A program made the translations under genes and the position numbers. DNA of 64,000 nt from a virus (lineage: Duplodnaviria; Caudoviricetes), in the IMG/VR virus record IMGVR_UViG_3300013121_000017, positions 1-64,000 of that record. One strand, given 5' to 3'. Every line of letters begins with the position of its first letter. Position 1 is the stretch's first letter. Positions 19,048 to 29,087 of the stretch are shown here, in pieces. A model generated the notes under the pieces. That model was not told the origin of the DNA. It worked only from the letters and a program-made list of their open reading frames with translations, and searched no databases.

Positions 19048-19848
19048 ATGATCCACAACCCCTGGCTGATGAAAGCAAAAAGGAAGACGGTGAAGGAAGA
19101 GATTACTCGATGCAACAAGGACTTCGCATACTTTGCGAAGAACTACATCAAGTACGGAAACCCGAAGGGAGTCGGCAAGCCTGTAAGGCTCGACCTTTAT
19201 CCATTCCATGAGAGACTGATCGATCACTACCAATCGAACCGTCTATCTCTGGTGAAGAAGTTCCGACAGGCTGGTTACTTGACCTACACCGCAGCATTCA
19301 TGCTTTGGCAATGCCTGCTGAAGCTAGACAAGAGGGTGATGTTTTACTCCAAGACGGACGCCGAGGCCATCGCCATCGGCGAGATGATTCAGGATTGGAT
19401 CAATAATCTTCCCGAATGGTTGCAACCAGAACCGGGCAAGTGGAATGGACACATGAAGGAGTTCAAGGATACGGGCGGGAAGATGTATTTCCATACGCCA
19501 GAGGCGGCGTGCGGGAAAGCGATGGACTGGCTGGTTATTGATGAACCGGCGTTCATACCTAACATGGAGGCCCATTGGAAGGCTGTTTGGCCAGTGCTTT
19601 CAACTGGAGGAGGCTGCATCGCAGTTGGTACAGTCGGCAAGAAGTACGACGACGAAGCCAAAACCCAGAAAAATTGGTTCTACGATCTGCACCAGAAGGC
19701 GTTCAGTGGTATGAACCAGTTTGCTATCTTCGACTCTCATTACAAAGAACACCCGCATTACGCCGACCCGGCATGGTGTAAAACTATGCGTGAGAGGCTC
19801 GGAGAAGAAGGCTGGAAGCAAGAGATCGAGATGGACTTCCTCGACTGA
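19048..19848 (+). CDS. truncated terminase paralog (ATPase domain only)
   Basis: Colinear with the N-terminal half of 11969..13879 (KFRQAG, SKTD.EA..IG, GKWN.H.K, IDEPAFI.NME.HWKA.WPVLSTGG); it stops before the nuclease domain. Confidence 0.85.
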   Translation: MIHNPWLMKAKRKTVKEEITRCNKDFAYFAKNYIKYGNPKGVGKPVRLDLYPFHERLIDHYQSNRLSLVKKFRQAGYLTYTAAFMLWQCLLKLDKRVMFYSKTDAEAIAIGEMIQDWINNLPEWLQPEPGKWNGHMKEFKDTGGKMYFHTPEAACGKAMDWLVIDEPAFIPNMEAHWKAVWPVLSTGGGCIAVGTVGKKYDDEAKTQKNWFYDLHQKAFSGMNQFAIFDSHYKEHPHYADPAWCKTMRERLGEEGWKQEIEMDFLD

Positions 19849-19883
19849 CAAAATGTAGATCGGGTCGGCCTAGATAGGGGAGT

Positions 19884-20963
19884 ATGGGCCACCACAGCAT
19901 TCTCATCATAGACGACAGAGTACCGGACCCCCACTTCGGGGCCGGTTTCCCACGGGCGCACAGGCTGTTACTCAGCCTGTACCGGCTCGGACACCAAATG
20001 TATTTCTATCCCAACATCAAGTCCACACTGAAGGAATTGAATGTTGCCAAGCTGCGTGAGTTTAACATCGAGGTCGTAGAAGACTTGGAAAATCTCCCAC
20101 CAGAGATTGACCTAATCATTGTTTCTCGACCACACAACGCACACTACTACTTGCCACTCGCACGCAAAACCCTGCCGCACGCCAAGGCGATCTACGATAC
20201 CGAGGCGTTGTGGTACAGGCGGTACGACTTGCAGCTTGAGTTCACCGGCAAGTTGCCCGGCTGGGCTTACCGCTACGACGAACTCGGCATGGCCAGGAAT
20301 GTGGACCTGTGCTGGGTTGTGAACGACGAAGAAAAGAAGATCCTTGAAGACAATGGCGTGAAAAAAGTCGTGAAACTCGCTCACGCTCTGGACTGCCACT
20401 GGGAAGGCAAGGACTTCGACTACCGCCGCGACTACTTGGTGGTCGGCGGCATTCTGGAGAACGATTCCTCGAACGAAGATGCCCTTTGGCATTACCTGAC
20501 TCACGGCTGGGAGCAGGTTCGTGAACCTGGGGTATTCATGAATGTTACCGGCCACGCAAGTGCCGACCGTCTGAATACTGATGAGTTCAAGAAGAGGTTC
20601 TTCGACGTGAAGCTGATGGGCCACGTCAACAATCTGATTCCGATGTACGAGTCCCACAGGGTATTCGTGGCAGCGACCAGATTCGCGACGGGCATTCCCT
20701 GGAAGGTACACGAAGCGATGGCCAACGGCCTGCCATGCGTGATCTCACGACTGCTGGCCAACCAACTGCAACTGGTTCCCGACCGGGACGCAATGGTGTG
20801 CGACACGCCATCAGACTACTTCGAGAAGAGCCGATTGCTGTACCACAATCGAAAGATTTGGGAAGACATGAGGCAGGCTGGTTACGAACTGATCAAGCGT
20901 GACTGTGACCCGAACAACTTCAAGAACATCATACACCGATCAATCGAAGGACTTTTTGCTTAA
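19884..20963 (+). CDS. GT-B fold glycosyltransferase (GT4-like)
   Basis: D..VP.P...AG..R N-terminus, IYDTEAL, and RFATGIPWKVHEAMANGLPCV. Confidence 0.88.
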   Translation: MGHHSILIIDDRVPDPHFGAGFPRAHRLLLSLYRLGHQMYFYPNIKSTLKELNVAKLREFNIEVVEDLENLPPEIDLIIVSRPHNAHYYLPLARKTLPHAKAIYDTEALWYRRYDLQLEFTGKLPGWAYRYDELGMARNVDLCWVVNDEEKKILEDNGVKKVVKLAHALDCHWEGKDFDYRRDYLVVGGILENDSSNEDALWHYLTHGWEQVREPGVFMNVTGHASADRLNTDEFKKRFFDVKLMGHVNNLIPMYESHRVFVAATRFATGIPWKVHEAMANGLPCVISRLLANQLQLVPDRDAMVCDTPSDYFEKSRLLYHNRKIWEDMRQAGYELIKRDCDPNNFKNIIHRSIEGLFA

Positions 20964-21945
20964 CCTCTGCGAGGTTCCAGCGATTCTGTCCGACATACAT
21001 GGGGAAGCGAGCTTTCATCTGCTCTGCTTCCCCTTGCATCTTATCAAATGCGGCCATCAAATCCACCTCGACATAATTGCCGCTGCGATCAAAGCAATTC
21101 GCATTCACCCCGCCTCCAGCAGCCTCCAGTAGTTTCTTGACCTTGCGTGTGAAGCTCACACTCATGATCGGCTTGTTGGCGATCATGGAGAAAACGTGCG
21201 AGTGAAAACGCTGACAGATGCAGCAATCCACCTCGGCCAAAACATCGATCAAGTCTTGCGGAGAAAGAAGGTCGTGAACACAGGTCACGTTACCTTCGGT
21301 GAAGGCGCGAACAGACATGTGGACGCGACGATCATCGGCGTGTCCGTCGCCAGAACACGGTAGCATCAAGATGCGATAACCCGCCCTGGTAAGTTCAGTG
21401 CAGAACGCTCCGAAGTGTTCAAGAAACCGACGACCACGATCCCAAAACATCTCGTCCGTGCGAAGCACAGAAGGCATGAGGTAGTCTGTCAAAAGGACAG
21501 CTACAACCTTCTGCTTACCCGGCGTCATGTAGCGACGAAGTATCTTTCTGCCACTGGGCTTCAGATGGAAAGCTAGGTCGGGGGTATACTCGACTGGAAC
21601 CTTGGTTTTAGAACGCACCAAGTCAACGTCTTCGCGGTTGCGAAGGAACCAAGCGGAGAAATTAGCCTGGGCGGCAAGCTCTGATTCGCTCTCGTAGCCC
21701 AGGCCAACACCCAATCCAATTTTTGTTTTGCAAATAGATCGGGAAACAACTGGCAGGTAGTACGGAGTGACTACGTCGCCGCCCCCTAGAACCAAAACAT
21801 CGGGAGCGGGAAACGGGATTTTGCGGTACACGTCGATGTTGATGAACTTCGTATCGTGTCCGTCAAAGAAGTACGACATGGCGGGACGAAAGGCTTCGTC
21901 CCCGACGTTCTTCATGCCGTAATAGCCCAGGATATGAACTTGCAT
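20929..21945 (-). CDS. polysaccharide pyruvyl transferase family protein
   Basis: GYYGMKNVGDE, LGGGD, GVGLG, LRNRED, PDLAF and RFHS motifs. Confidence 0.9.
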   Translation of the reverse strand: MQVHILGYYGMKNVGDEAFRPAMSYFFDGHDTKFINIDVYRKIPFPAPDVLVLGGGDVVTPYYLPVVSRSICKTKIGLGVGLGYESESELAAQANFSAWFLRNREDVDLVRSKTKVPVEYTPDLAFHLKPSGRKILRRYMTPGKQKVVAVLLTDYLMPSVLRTDEMFWDRGRRFLEHFGAFCTELTRAGYRILMLPCSGDGHADDRRVHMSVRAFTEGNVTCVHDLLSPQDLIDVLAEVDCCICQRFHSHVFSMIANKPIMSVSFTRKVKKLLEAAGGGVNANCFDRSGNYVEVDLMAAFDKMQGEAEQMKARFPMYVGQNRWNLAEVKQKVLRLIGV

Positions 21946-21956
21946 GCAATGGACCC

Positions 21957-22685
21957 TCAGTCCTTGGCATAGAAGTTCGGGGTGACCGGCGTCTCAGCCC
22001 GTTCAGCGACATTCACCGGCACACCGCCGCCAAAGTCGAAATCCTGGGTTGTGGTGTTGACCGGACCCTGTTCAACGTTGACGGTTCTGCCAGCCGCATT
22101 CTTGTAGATGATGAGCGTCGAAGTCGTCTGTACGATTTCAAGGCCCGAGTTGTAACCATAGCCATTCGGCTTGTAGCGATACTCGGTAGAAACGACGTAT
22201 GGCAGAGTCATCGTCTTGGACGTGTCAATGGCCACGTCGTTGTTGATCTGCGACTGCATGGCCGCAGCAAGGAATCCCACATCAAGATTCAGACTGCACT
22301 CTTCAGCCACAAGGCCAGTGCCGGCCAGTTGAGCGGTGTCAACAGCAAACTTGCCGTCGTCGTCCATCTTCAAACCGCATGCAGCTACGTCGCCGAAGTC
22401 AACGGCCAGTCTGCACTGATGACCGTCGTGAACAACTCGCAAACCTGAGCCGGCGAGACGTGCGGCGACCGCACATGTGTTGATGCAGAGGGCATCGTTG
22501 TGGTAGGTGAGTCCGCCGTCCTGAAGCAGATTGAGAATCAGGCGACCAAGCTCATTGAACTTCATGCCCGCGCCGCAATCGACGCGAAGCATGCCCAAGG
22601 AACCATCCAAGCCGTCGCCGGCAAACGCAAAGTTTGTCTCGGGCGGGAAAGTAACTCTGATCTTGACTTTATCGGATGATGGCAT
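21957..22685 (-). CDS. putative fibre/structural protein
   Basis: Repeated AG.GL turns typical of trimeric beta-fibres. Confidence 0.55.
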   Translation of the reverse strand: MPSSDKVKIRVTFPPETNFAFAGDGLDGSLGMLRVDCGAGMKFNELGRLILNLLQDGGLTYHNDALCINTCAVAARLAGSGLRVVHDGHQCRLAVDFGDVAACGLKMDDDGKFAVDTAQLAGTGLVAEECSLNLDVGFLAAAMQSQINNDVAIDTSKTMTLPYVVSTEYRYKPNGYGYNSGLEIVQTTSTLIIYKNAAGRTVNVEQGPVNTTTQDFDFGGGVPVNVAERAETPVTPNFYAKD

Positions 22686-22743
22686 GTGACCTCGTTCTTT
22701 CTATGCGTGTGCTTATTATAGGGGTGCTGATCCCCTTTTTGAA

Positions 22744-23085
22744 TCATTCACCGCCGCTCTCTTCGCCCCCTCCTTGAGAGTCCGCCGCATTCGGCGTGAC
22801 TTCGTCGCTATGTCTGTTTCCAAAGTCACCAAGACCTCGATCACTTCCAAGCGATGAACCAGACATGCTTCTCTTCAGGTCTTCAACAGAAGCTCTAACT
22901 TCTGCATCCTGCTCCGCGACCTTTTCAAGCAAACCCATCATCAGCTTGGGATGCTTGTGACAAACTACCTTAGCGATCTGCACCAGTTTTTGGCGTGTTG
23001 CTTCTCTATCACCTTGGGCGTTGTCGTGGTCCGTCGTGGTTTCTGCGTGTTCTCGTTTGTGAACATACTGCCTGAATGTTTTCAT
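22744..23085 (-). CDS. hypothetical protein with a capsid-targeting-like N-terminus
   Basis: Starts MKTFRQYVHKRE; GAGG RBS. Confidence 0.7.
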   Translation of the reverse strand: MKTFRQYVHKREHAETTTDHDNAQGDREATRQKLVQIAKVVCHKHPKLMMGLLEKVAEQDAEVRASVEDLKRSMSGSSLGSDRGLGDFGNRHSDEVTPNAADSQGGGEESGGE

Positions 23086-23277
23086 ACCGTCCTCGTTTTT
23101 GTCGCTCGGTGCATAGATATGTAGCCCTTGTAGAAGAAGAATGGGCCGGCGGTATCCGAATCATTTTCGGTGGTTCCAGCCTATATACGAGAACCGTGAG
23201 GTCGCATCTGGAACTGTGACTGACCAATACTTCGTGCCGCAGATAGGCACAGGAATCCAAGCACCGGAGAACGAGGT

Positions 23278-25128
23278 ATGAAGAGAAAACTGATCAAATT
23301 CGACGCTTTCCGCCGGATCGAAAACGATTCTTTGTCGTCGGCGGAAATCGAACTCACTGAGGCATCGGAAGTATTGGCAACGGCCCTTGCGGTCGATGGC
23401 CTGAATCTGCACTGCTTTGGCGAGAGCGATGTCACCTATGAGACATCGGATGGCGATTACGTCCACGCCAATTACAGCCTCCAGAAGAACCATCTTGTCT
23501 TCGAGAACATCGAGCAGTTGGTTATCGACAACGAGAGTGAGCGAGCCGAAGCTCGCAACATCCTGTCGGGAATCGTGGAGAGCCTGATGGACGAGAATGA
23601 GAACAAGGCAGCCAGTCTGTTCGACCAGTACATGGCCCTTCCTCACACCCGTCAAAACCTGAAGGAAGCCACCCTCAACGAGGGCAAGTCCAAGACTTCC
23701 AAGTCTAACCCGACTGGCAAGCATGGTCACGGCTTCGGCAAGCACCAACCAGAACATGTGGTCAAGGCCCGCATGCTGTCACGCAAGCGGACACTGAACT
23801 CGATGAGCGATGCAGAAAAGAAGCGCCGCAAGAAAGAGTCCTCAACCTTCCACAAGCAGAACAGCAACCCCCGCGCCCGTCTCTATGTCCGCAAGGTCAA
23901 GAAGAGCAAGGTCAACGAGTGGGCAGTCATGTCCGAGAACGTTCTCCAGTTCGTGAAGTTCCAGAACCTGGGTGGCGTTCTTCGTGAAACCAAGCTTCGT
24001 CACGACGACCGTGGCAACGTTGTTGCCGTGGCCATGCCGACGACCAAGCTCCGCAACGAGGGCAAGCTCCTGACCTTCAACTGGAAGGTGCTGGACCACG
24101 AAATCAAGTACAGCCGCAACGGTGCGAAGAACCTCCAGAACGAGGCCGCATTCGCCAAGGCAATCGCTGAACTCAAGCGTTACAACGCCGTATCCGACAA
24201 CGAAGGTCTTGAGACGACCCTGGAAAACATCGTCGCTCGCTGGCCGCAGTTGCTTTACCTCACTCACCAAGAGTTGAGCGAGCGGATCGCAATGGCCTTG
24301 GACAACGCCGGTGTTCAGAACTACGACGATCAGATGTGCGAGTTCATGGCCGAGGGCATCCTGCGGATGGCCCACCACGCCTACTCTGACCGCGCCGACA
24401 AGATTGTCAAGTTGAGCCGCATGTCCGCCGAGGGCGAAGACGCTTACGAGGCATTCCGCTCCGTGGCCGACACGTTCCTCCCGCAAATGGACGAAGCCGA
24501 GAACGCTCAATACCGCGTCTTCGCTGACCTCTACCGCGCCCTGCACGAATTCTACGAAGTCGTGGAGAAGGAAGGCGACGAGGCAATGAAGCAGGAAGTC
24601 TTTGCGTACATGAAGGATTGCGAAGGCATCCTCAACCGCCAGGACGAGCCGGATCTCGAACTCGCCGAAACCATTGCTGTGTTCCTCCACTCGCTGGTCG
24701 AAACCAACATTGACGGCGAAGAGTGGAAGGTGTCGAACGACGTTCACACCACGATCAGTGGCGACCACCCGCGTATGGCTCAGTTGGCCAAGTGGGGCTA
24801 CACGCCTGCAAACGACTTCTCCGGTGACTGGGGTTCGGAAATGCCTGTCTCTGACGGCAAGAACCCGAGGAACAAGGCCGAGGTCGAGAAGATGAAGAAC
24901 TCCTGGGCCAACATCGGCGGCAGCGATACTGCCCCTGAGTTGACGAACCCATACATTCCGAAGCCATTCGGCGACTACAAGATGAAGGGCGAGAAGTCCG
25001 TGGTGGACGACAACGACGCCACTGGCGAGTGGGGTTCCAAGGACACTTGGCCGGCTCTCCAGAACCCGTATGTGCCGGATGCAGTTCGTCCTCCGATGAA
25101 GAGTGACAACCTCGTCCAAGACAAGTAA
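23278..25128 (+). CDS. putative prohead core/internal head protein
   Basis: 616-aa acidic helical protein directly upstream of the protease-scaffold-capsid genes; several [LIV]-x-E sites. Confidence 0.6.
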   Translation: MKRKLIKFDAFRRIENDSLSSAEIELTEASEVLATALAVDGLNLHCFGESDVTYETSDGDYVHANYSLQKNHLVFENIEQLVIDNESERAEARNILSGIVESLMDENENKAASLFDQYMALPHTRQNLKEATLNEGKSKTSKSNPTGKHGHGFGKHQPEHVVKARMLSRKRTLNSMSDAEKKRRKKESSTFHKQNSNPRARLYVRKVKKSKVNEWAVMSENVLQFVKFQNLGGVLRETKLRHDDRGNVVAVAMPTTKLRNEGKLLTFNWKVLDHEIKYSRNGAKNLQNEAAFAKAIAELKRYNAVSDNEGLETTLENIVARWPQLLYLTHQELSERIAMALDNAGVQNYDDQMCEFMAEGILRMAHHAYSDRADKIVKLSRMSAEGEDAYEAFRSVADTFLPQMDEAENAQYRVFADLYRALHEFYEVVEKEGDEAMKQEVFAYMKDCEGILNRQDEPDLELAETIAVFLHSLVETNIDGEEWKVSNDVHTTISGDHPRMAQLAKWGYTPANDFSGDWGSEMPVSDGKNPRNKAEVEKMKNSWANIGGSDTAPELTNPYIPKPFGDYKMKGEKSVVDDNDATGEWGSKDTWPALQNPYVPDAVRPPMKSDNLVQDK

Positions 25129-25148
25129 GTGACCAACAAAGGAGATCC

Positions 25149-25826
25149 ATGTCGAATGAGCGTCTGCTAATCGACTGCTGCACCAACGGTCACTTCATGT
25201 TGAACTTGAACGAAGCAGCCAGTACCTCTGGTAACGGGCTGACCAAGTTCAAGGGCAAGTTTCAAGAGGCTGAGGCAGTCAACAAGAACAAGCGTCTGTA
25301 CCCGTATGCGGTACTGGACGAGAACGTCAAGAAGTTGATGGAATGCGTCAAGGCCCGTGGTCTGATCGGCGAACTCGATCACCCCACAGACAGCATCATC
25401 CACTTCGAGAAGGCATCCCACGTCATCACGAAGCTTTGGTGGGAAGGTAACTCCCTCATGGGCGAGGGGGAAATCCTGAACACGCCTCATGGCCGCATTC
25501 TGAAGAGTCTCATCAACGATGGGATTCGTATCGGAATCAGCAGCCGTGGCGTGGGCAACGGAACAGTTGATGAGAACGGCATTTTGGTTATCGGCGAGTC
25601 CTACAAGCTGATCACCTTCGACGCCGTTGCTGATCCGTCCACATTCGCCGCTTTCCAAGAGAAAGTCGTTAGCGGTAAGCGGGAATCGTTTGAACCCGTT
25701 GAAACTACGACGAAAAAGACAAGCAGCGGCATACATACATCTGCGATCAACAAAGATGCACTGATTGCCTGCTTGGGCGGACTCGTCAGACACCAAACTT
25801 CCAAGATAAGAGCGAGGTTTAACTAA
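25149..25826 (+). CDS. prohead protease (T4 gp21-like)
   Basis: NKNKRLY, GELDHP, GISSRGVG and FDAVADPS catalytic motifs. Confidence 0.95.
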   Translation: MSNERLLIDCCTNGHFMLNLNEAASTSGNGLTKFKGKFQEAEAVNKNKRLYPYAVLDENVKKLMECVKARGLIGELDHPTDSIIHFEKASHVITKLWWEGNSLMGEGEILNTPHGRILKSLINDGIRIGISSRGVGNGTVDENGILVIGESYKLITFDAVADPSTFAAFQEKVVSGKRESFEPVETTTKKTSSGIHTSAINKDALIACLGGLVRHQTSKIRARFN

Positions 25827-26728
25827 TGGACAGAATTCTTGAAGCACTTCGGAAGCTGCTCCCCGAGGATCAACTCAACGAAGTGGCCGGGGCAATCAAG
25901 GCCGAAGTCAATCAGGCCCGCAAGGAACTTGAAGCGGAGTACAACTCGCAGCTTGAGAAGGCATACGCCGAACTCAGCGAAGAGTTGGCTTCTGCGGAGA
26001 AGACCGCCTACCAGGGCTACCAAGAGGCATACGGCATTATTGCCGAGCTTCGCAACCGTCTTGAGACGCAGCGTGACGAGTTCAAGGCTGCTCTCGATGA
26101 AGGTTACGAGGAAGCGTACCAGATGCTTCTCGCCGAGCGTGAGAAGAACCGTACCCTCGAAGTCGAGATGTACGAGGAGTACGACAAGAAGCTCGCTGAA
26201 ATGAAGGACTACATGGTTGACAAGCTCGACCAGTTCCTCCAGTTCAAGGGCGCAGAAATCTACGAGCAGGCCAAGAGGGACGTGATGAACGACCCGCGTA
26301 TGGCCGAACACAAGGTCGCCCTGGACAAGATCGTGGAGATCGCAGGCAACTACCTGTCCGACGAGGATTACGCATTTGCTACCAGCCACAAGCTGGAAGA
26401 GACTCGCAAGTCTCTGGAAGATCTGCGTGGTCAGCTTCGGATCATGGAAGCCCGCAATATCCGTCTGTCTACGGACAACACCAAGCTCACTGAACAAGTC
26501 CGTCACGCTGCCCAGGCCATCAATGAGTCCCGCAAGGTGACCACTGAGAGCCGCCGCCGTGAGACGGCAAAGAATGAAAGAACTGAGAGAGTTGAACGTT
26601 CACGCAATGCGTCGGGGAGAGGCCACACACACACGGAAGAGGGCGTCGTGATCGCGGAGTACGCGAACAACGACTCTTCTGAGATCAACGAACTTCTCGT
26701 CCTCTCGGGCGTGAAGAACGGAAAGTAA
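25826..26728 (+). CDS. prohead scaffold protein (T4 gp22-like)
   Basis: Glu-rich coiled coil between the protease and capsid genes; ends ELLVLSG. Confidence 0.8.
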   Translation: MDRILEALRKLLPEDQLNEVAGAIKAEVNQARKELEAEYNSQLEKAYAELSEELASAEKTAYQGYQEAYGIIAELRNRLETQRDEFKAALDEGYEEAYQMLLAEREKNRTLEVEMYEEYDKKLAEMKDYMVDKLDQFLQFKGAEIYEQAKRDVMNDPRMAEHKVALDKIVEIAGNYLSDEDYAFATSHKLEETRKSLEDLRGQLRIMEARNIRLSTDNTKLTEQVRHAAQAINESRKVTTESRRRETAKNERTERVERSRNASGRGHTHTEEGVVIAEYANNDSSEINELLVLSGVKNGK

Positions 26729-26759
26729 CCAACTACCATCAACCTGTAACAGGAGATAG

Positions 26760-28232
26760 ATGAACGCAAACGCAAAGTTCCTGAACGAGGCACGGGAGTT
26801 GGAATCTCGTTGGGGCCGCACCGGCTTGCTGAACGGCATCGAGGACAAGTATGTCCGCAGTGCGACCGCAGTCTTGCTGGAAAACCAGCGGCTTATGAAC
26901 GAGGTTTCAACTGACACCAGCGACATCGCTCAGTTCAAGAGAATCTCAATCCCCCTGGTCAGAAGGATTTATCCTCAACTGATCGCGAACAAGATCGTGT
27001 CCGTCCAGCCGCTTCTCGGCCCGACCGGCTTGGTCTACTACCTCCGCTTCCGCTACTCGTCCAACAAGGGCGCGATCCGTGGTGCGGACAACAACGGCGG
27101 CTTCCCTGGCGATGACGCAAACTCGCTGATGCAGCGTGCTGACGGTACGGCGAACTTGGACATCTTCTACACGCACCAGTTCGTGCAGAATGAGTCCACC
27201 TCGACCGACGCAGGTGGCGATGTCACCGCGACGTACTCGCCGCTGGAACACACCCCGATCCTCGCAGGCACGGTCACTGGTACTGTGTACGTCGGCTCGA
27301 CCGCCGTCCAGACCTTCGTCGTGTCCTCCGCAGGTGTCTTCACCTTCACTGGCATTGGCAGCCCGTCTGTCTTCGCCAACACTGGTGGTGGCACGCCGAC
27401 CGGCACGGGTGTCGCTGGCACGACACTGAACACGACCACGGGCGAAATGACCCTGGTCTTCAACTCGGCCCCGTCTGCAAACCACGTTGTCCTCTCGTAT
27501 GAGTACAACATGGAGTGCAACCAAGACTTGCCCGAGATCAACTTGGTCATCGAGTCCGAAGAGATCGCGGCCAAGACCCGGAAGCTCAAGGCTGTGTGGA
27601 GCTACGAAGCACAGCAAGACCTCCGTTCCCAGCACAACCTCGACGCCGAGGCTGAACTGACGGCGGTTCTGGCTCAGGAAATCAACCTCGAAATCGACCG
27701 CGAAGTTCTGACTGACCTCAGAAACAACGCCGGTACAATCGCTGCGTGGGACTTCAACACCGCGCTCGGCGAGACGATCAAGGAAAAGTACGAGTCGCTG
27801 TATGTGAAGATTGTCGAAGTCTCGGCAGTCATCCACCGCAAGACTCTGCGTGGTGGAGCCAACTGGCTCGTCACCAGCCCTGAAGTCGCCTCGATCTTCG
27901 AGACGGCAACCGCCGGCTTTGCCCCGGCTCCTTCGGAAACCTTCACCTCGTCGCTGGGCATCCAGTACGTTGGTACGGTCAACAACCGTTGGAGACTGTA
28001 CAAAGACCCGCTGTTCCCGACGAACCAGATCCTCCTCGGATACAAGGGTGACAGCTACATGGACAGTGGTTACTTCTACTGCCCCTACGTCCCGCTGACC
28101 CAGACTCCAGTCGTTCTCGACCCCGAGAGCTTCTGCCCGAGGAAGGGTATCCTCACCCGGTACGGCAAGAAGCTGCTGCGTGAAGGGTCCAAGTTCTACG
28201 GACGTATGTCCATCGCGAACTTCGTCATCTAA
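26760..28232 (+). CDS. major capsid protein (T4 gp23-like)
   Basis: LLENQ, VSVQPL.GPTG..YYLR, TRKLKA.WS.EAQQDL...H, EINLEIDREVL and GYKG....DSGYFYCPYVPL motifs. Confidence 0.97.
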   Translation: MNANAKFLNEARELESRWGRTGLLNGIEDKYVRSATAVLLENQRLMNEVSTDTSDIAQFKRISIPLVRRIYPQLIANKIVSVQPLLGPTGLVYYLRFRYSSNKGAIRGADNNGGFPGDDANSLMQRADGTANLDIFYTHQFVQNESTSTDAGGDVTATYSPLEHTPILAGTVTGTVYVGSTAVQTFVVSSAGVFTFTGIGSPSVFANTGGGTPTGTGVAGTTLNTTTGEMTLVFNSAPSANHVVLSYEYNMECNQDLPEINLVIESEEIAAKTRKLKAVWSYEAQQDLRSQHNLDAEAELTAVLAQEINLEIDREVLTDLRNNAGTIAAWDFNTALGETIKEKYESLYVKIVEVSAVIHRKTLRGGANWLVTSPEVASIFETATAGFAPAPSETFTSSLGIQYVGTVNNRWRLYKDPLFPTNQILLGYKGDSYMDSGYFYCPYVPLTQTPVVLDPESFCPRKGILTRYGKKLLREGSKFYGRMSIANFVI

Positions 28233-28263
28233 GGATGACGGTTCCCGAGAACCGAAAACAAAG

Positions 28264-28293
28264 AACCCAGGCCAGCAATGGCCTGGGTTTTTT
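28264..28293 (+). terminator. rho-independent terminator after the major capsid gene
   Basis: AACCCAGGCCA-GCAA-TGGCCTGGGTT followed by a T run. Confidence 0.9.
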
Positions 28294-28341
28294 CGTTGAC
28301 ATGGACAGTGGGGATTTCTACTGCCCTTATTCGTTTAAGGC

Positions 28342-28629
28342 ATGACTAACAACAGACAAACCGCAATGATGTGGAACTCCCTGGTCTGGAGTTTCATCTA
28401 CTGGCAAATCGAAGCACAGGAACGGCGTCAGCGTCGTTGGGACAAGTTCATGTCTTGGTTCTGGTCTTGGGCCTACACTGACCCTCATGGTTGGGCCAAG
28501 CTCAACCGTCGCGTCGAACAGATCACTTGTTCTTCGCCACCCACTGTTCCAGAGCCTGCCAAAACTTCTCAGGCTCCTCATAAGCCATCGCGTTCTTCAA
28601 GCGATGGTACTCCTTCCAGTACCGCTTGA
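28342..28629 (+). CDS. hypothetical Trp-rich protein
   Basis: Fills the gap after the terminator, with TTGACA at 28296 upstream; its 3' end overlaps the convergent J-domain gene. Confidence 0.35.
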   Translation: MTNNRQTAMMWNSLVWSFIYWQIEAQERRQRRWDKFMSWFWSWAYTDPHGWAKLNRRVEQITCSSPPTVPEPAKTSQAPHKPSRSSSDGTPSSTA

Positions 28630-29056
28630 TGTACTTCTCTGACTTGGTTTCCATCGCAGCCCATAGATCAATCTCTGGCGGCTCAGGCTCATACTTGGCC
28701 ATCGGCCTGGGAGCGGGCCGAGGCTGGGGACGTGGCTTCGCAGCATGGGGACCAATGGGATCGCCCCAGATGTCGTGAGTAGGCGGCGGTGCATCCCTGA
28801 TCCAGTCGTCCTTCGACCTGGGCTTGGGCGGCTTGGTCTGGTACGTTTGCTTGTACCCAGGCTGCGTCTGGTGCGGCTGACGCTTCTCGTCGGACAGCCA
28901 CTCAAAAGCCTCCTGCACCTTCTTGAATATCTCGACGGCTTCCAGATCACCCGGATTGCGGTCAGGGTGGTACTTCATCGCCATGCGGCGATATGCCTTC
29001 TTGATTTCCTCCTGTGTTGCGGTCGGAGGTACACCTAACGTCTCATGGTATCCCAT
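28523..29056 (-). CDS. DnaJ (J-domain) protein with a Pro-rich linker
   Basis: YHETLGV...[20 protein letters not shown]...F..VQEAFE.LSD; TACATA-N5-ATG. Confidence 0.9.
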   Translation of the reverse strand: MGYHETLGVPPTATQEEIKKAYRRMAMKYHPDRNPGDLEAVEIFKKVQEAFEWLSDEKRQPHQTQPGYKQTYQTKPPKPRSKDDWIRDAPPPTHDIWGDPIGPHAAKPRPQPRPAPRPMAKYEPEPPEIDLWAAMETKSEKYIKRYWKEYHRLKNAMAYEEPEKFWQALEQWVAKNK

Positions 29057-29061
29057 GTCAT

Positions 29062-29083
29062 TATGTAGTGGGCGTGATAAATA
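29062..29083. promoter_or_regulatory. back-to-back divergent TAnATA elements
   Basis: Minus TACATA (29067-29062)-N5-ATG 29056 and plus TAAATA (29078-29083)-N4-ATG 29088, within a 31-nt gap. Confidence 0.6.
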
Positions 29084-29087
29084 GGAC

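Noticed and set aside
23842-25119. 425-aa antisense ORF, and similar ones opposite the portal, terminase and capsid genes
   Set aside because: Typical antisense open frames of GC3-rich genes, with no motifs or RBS.
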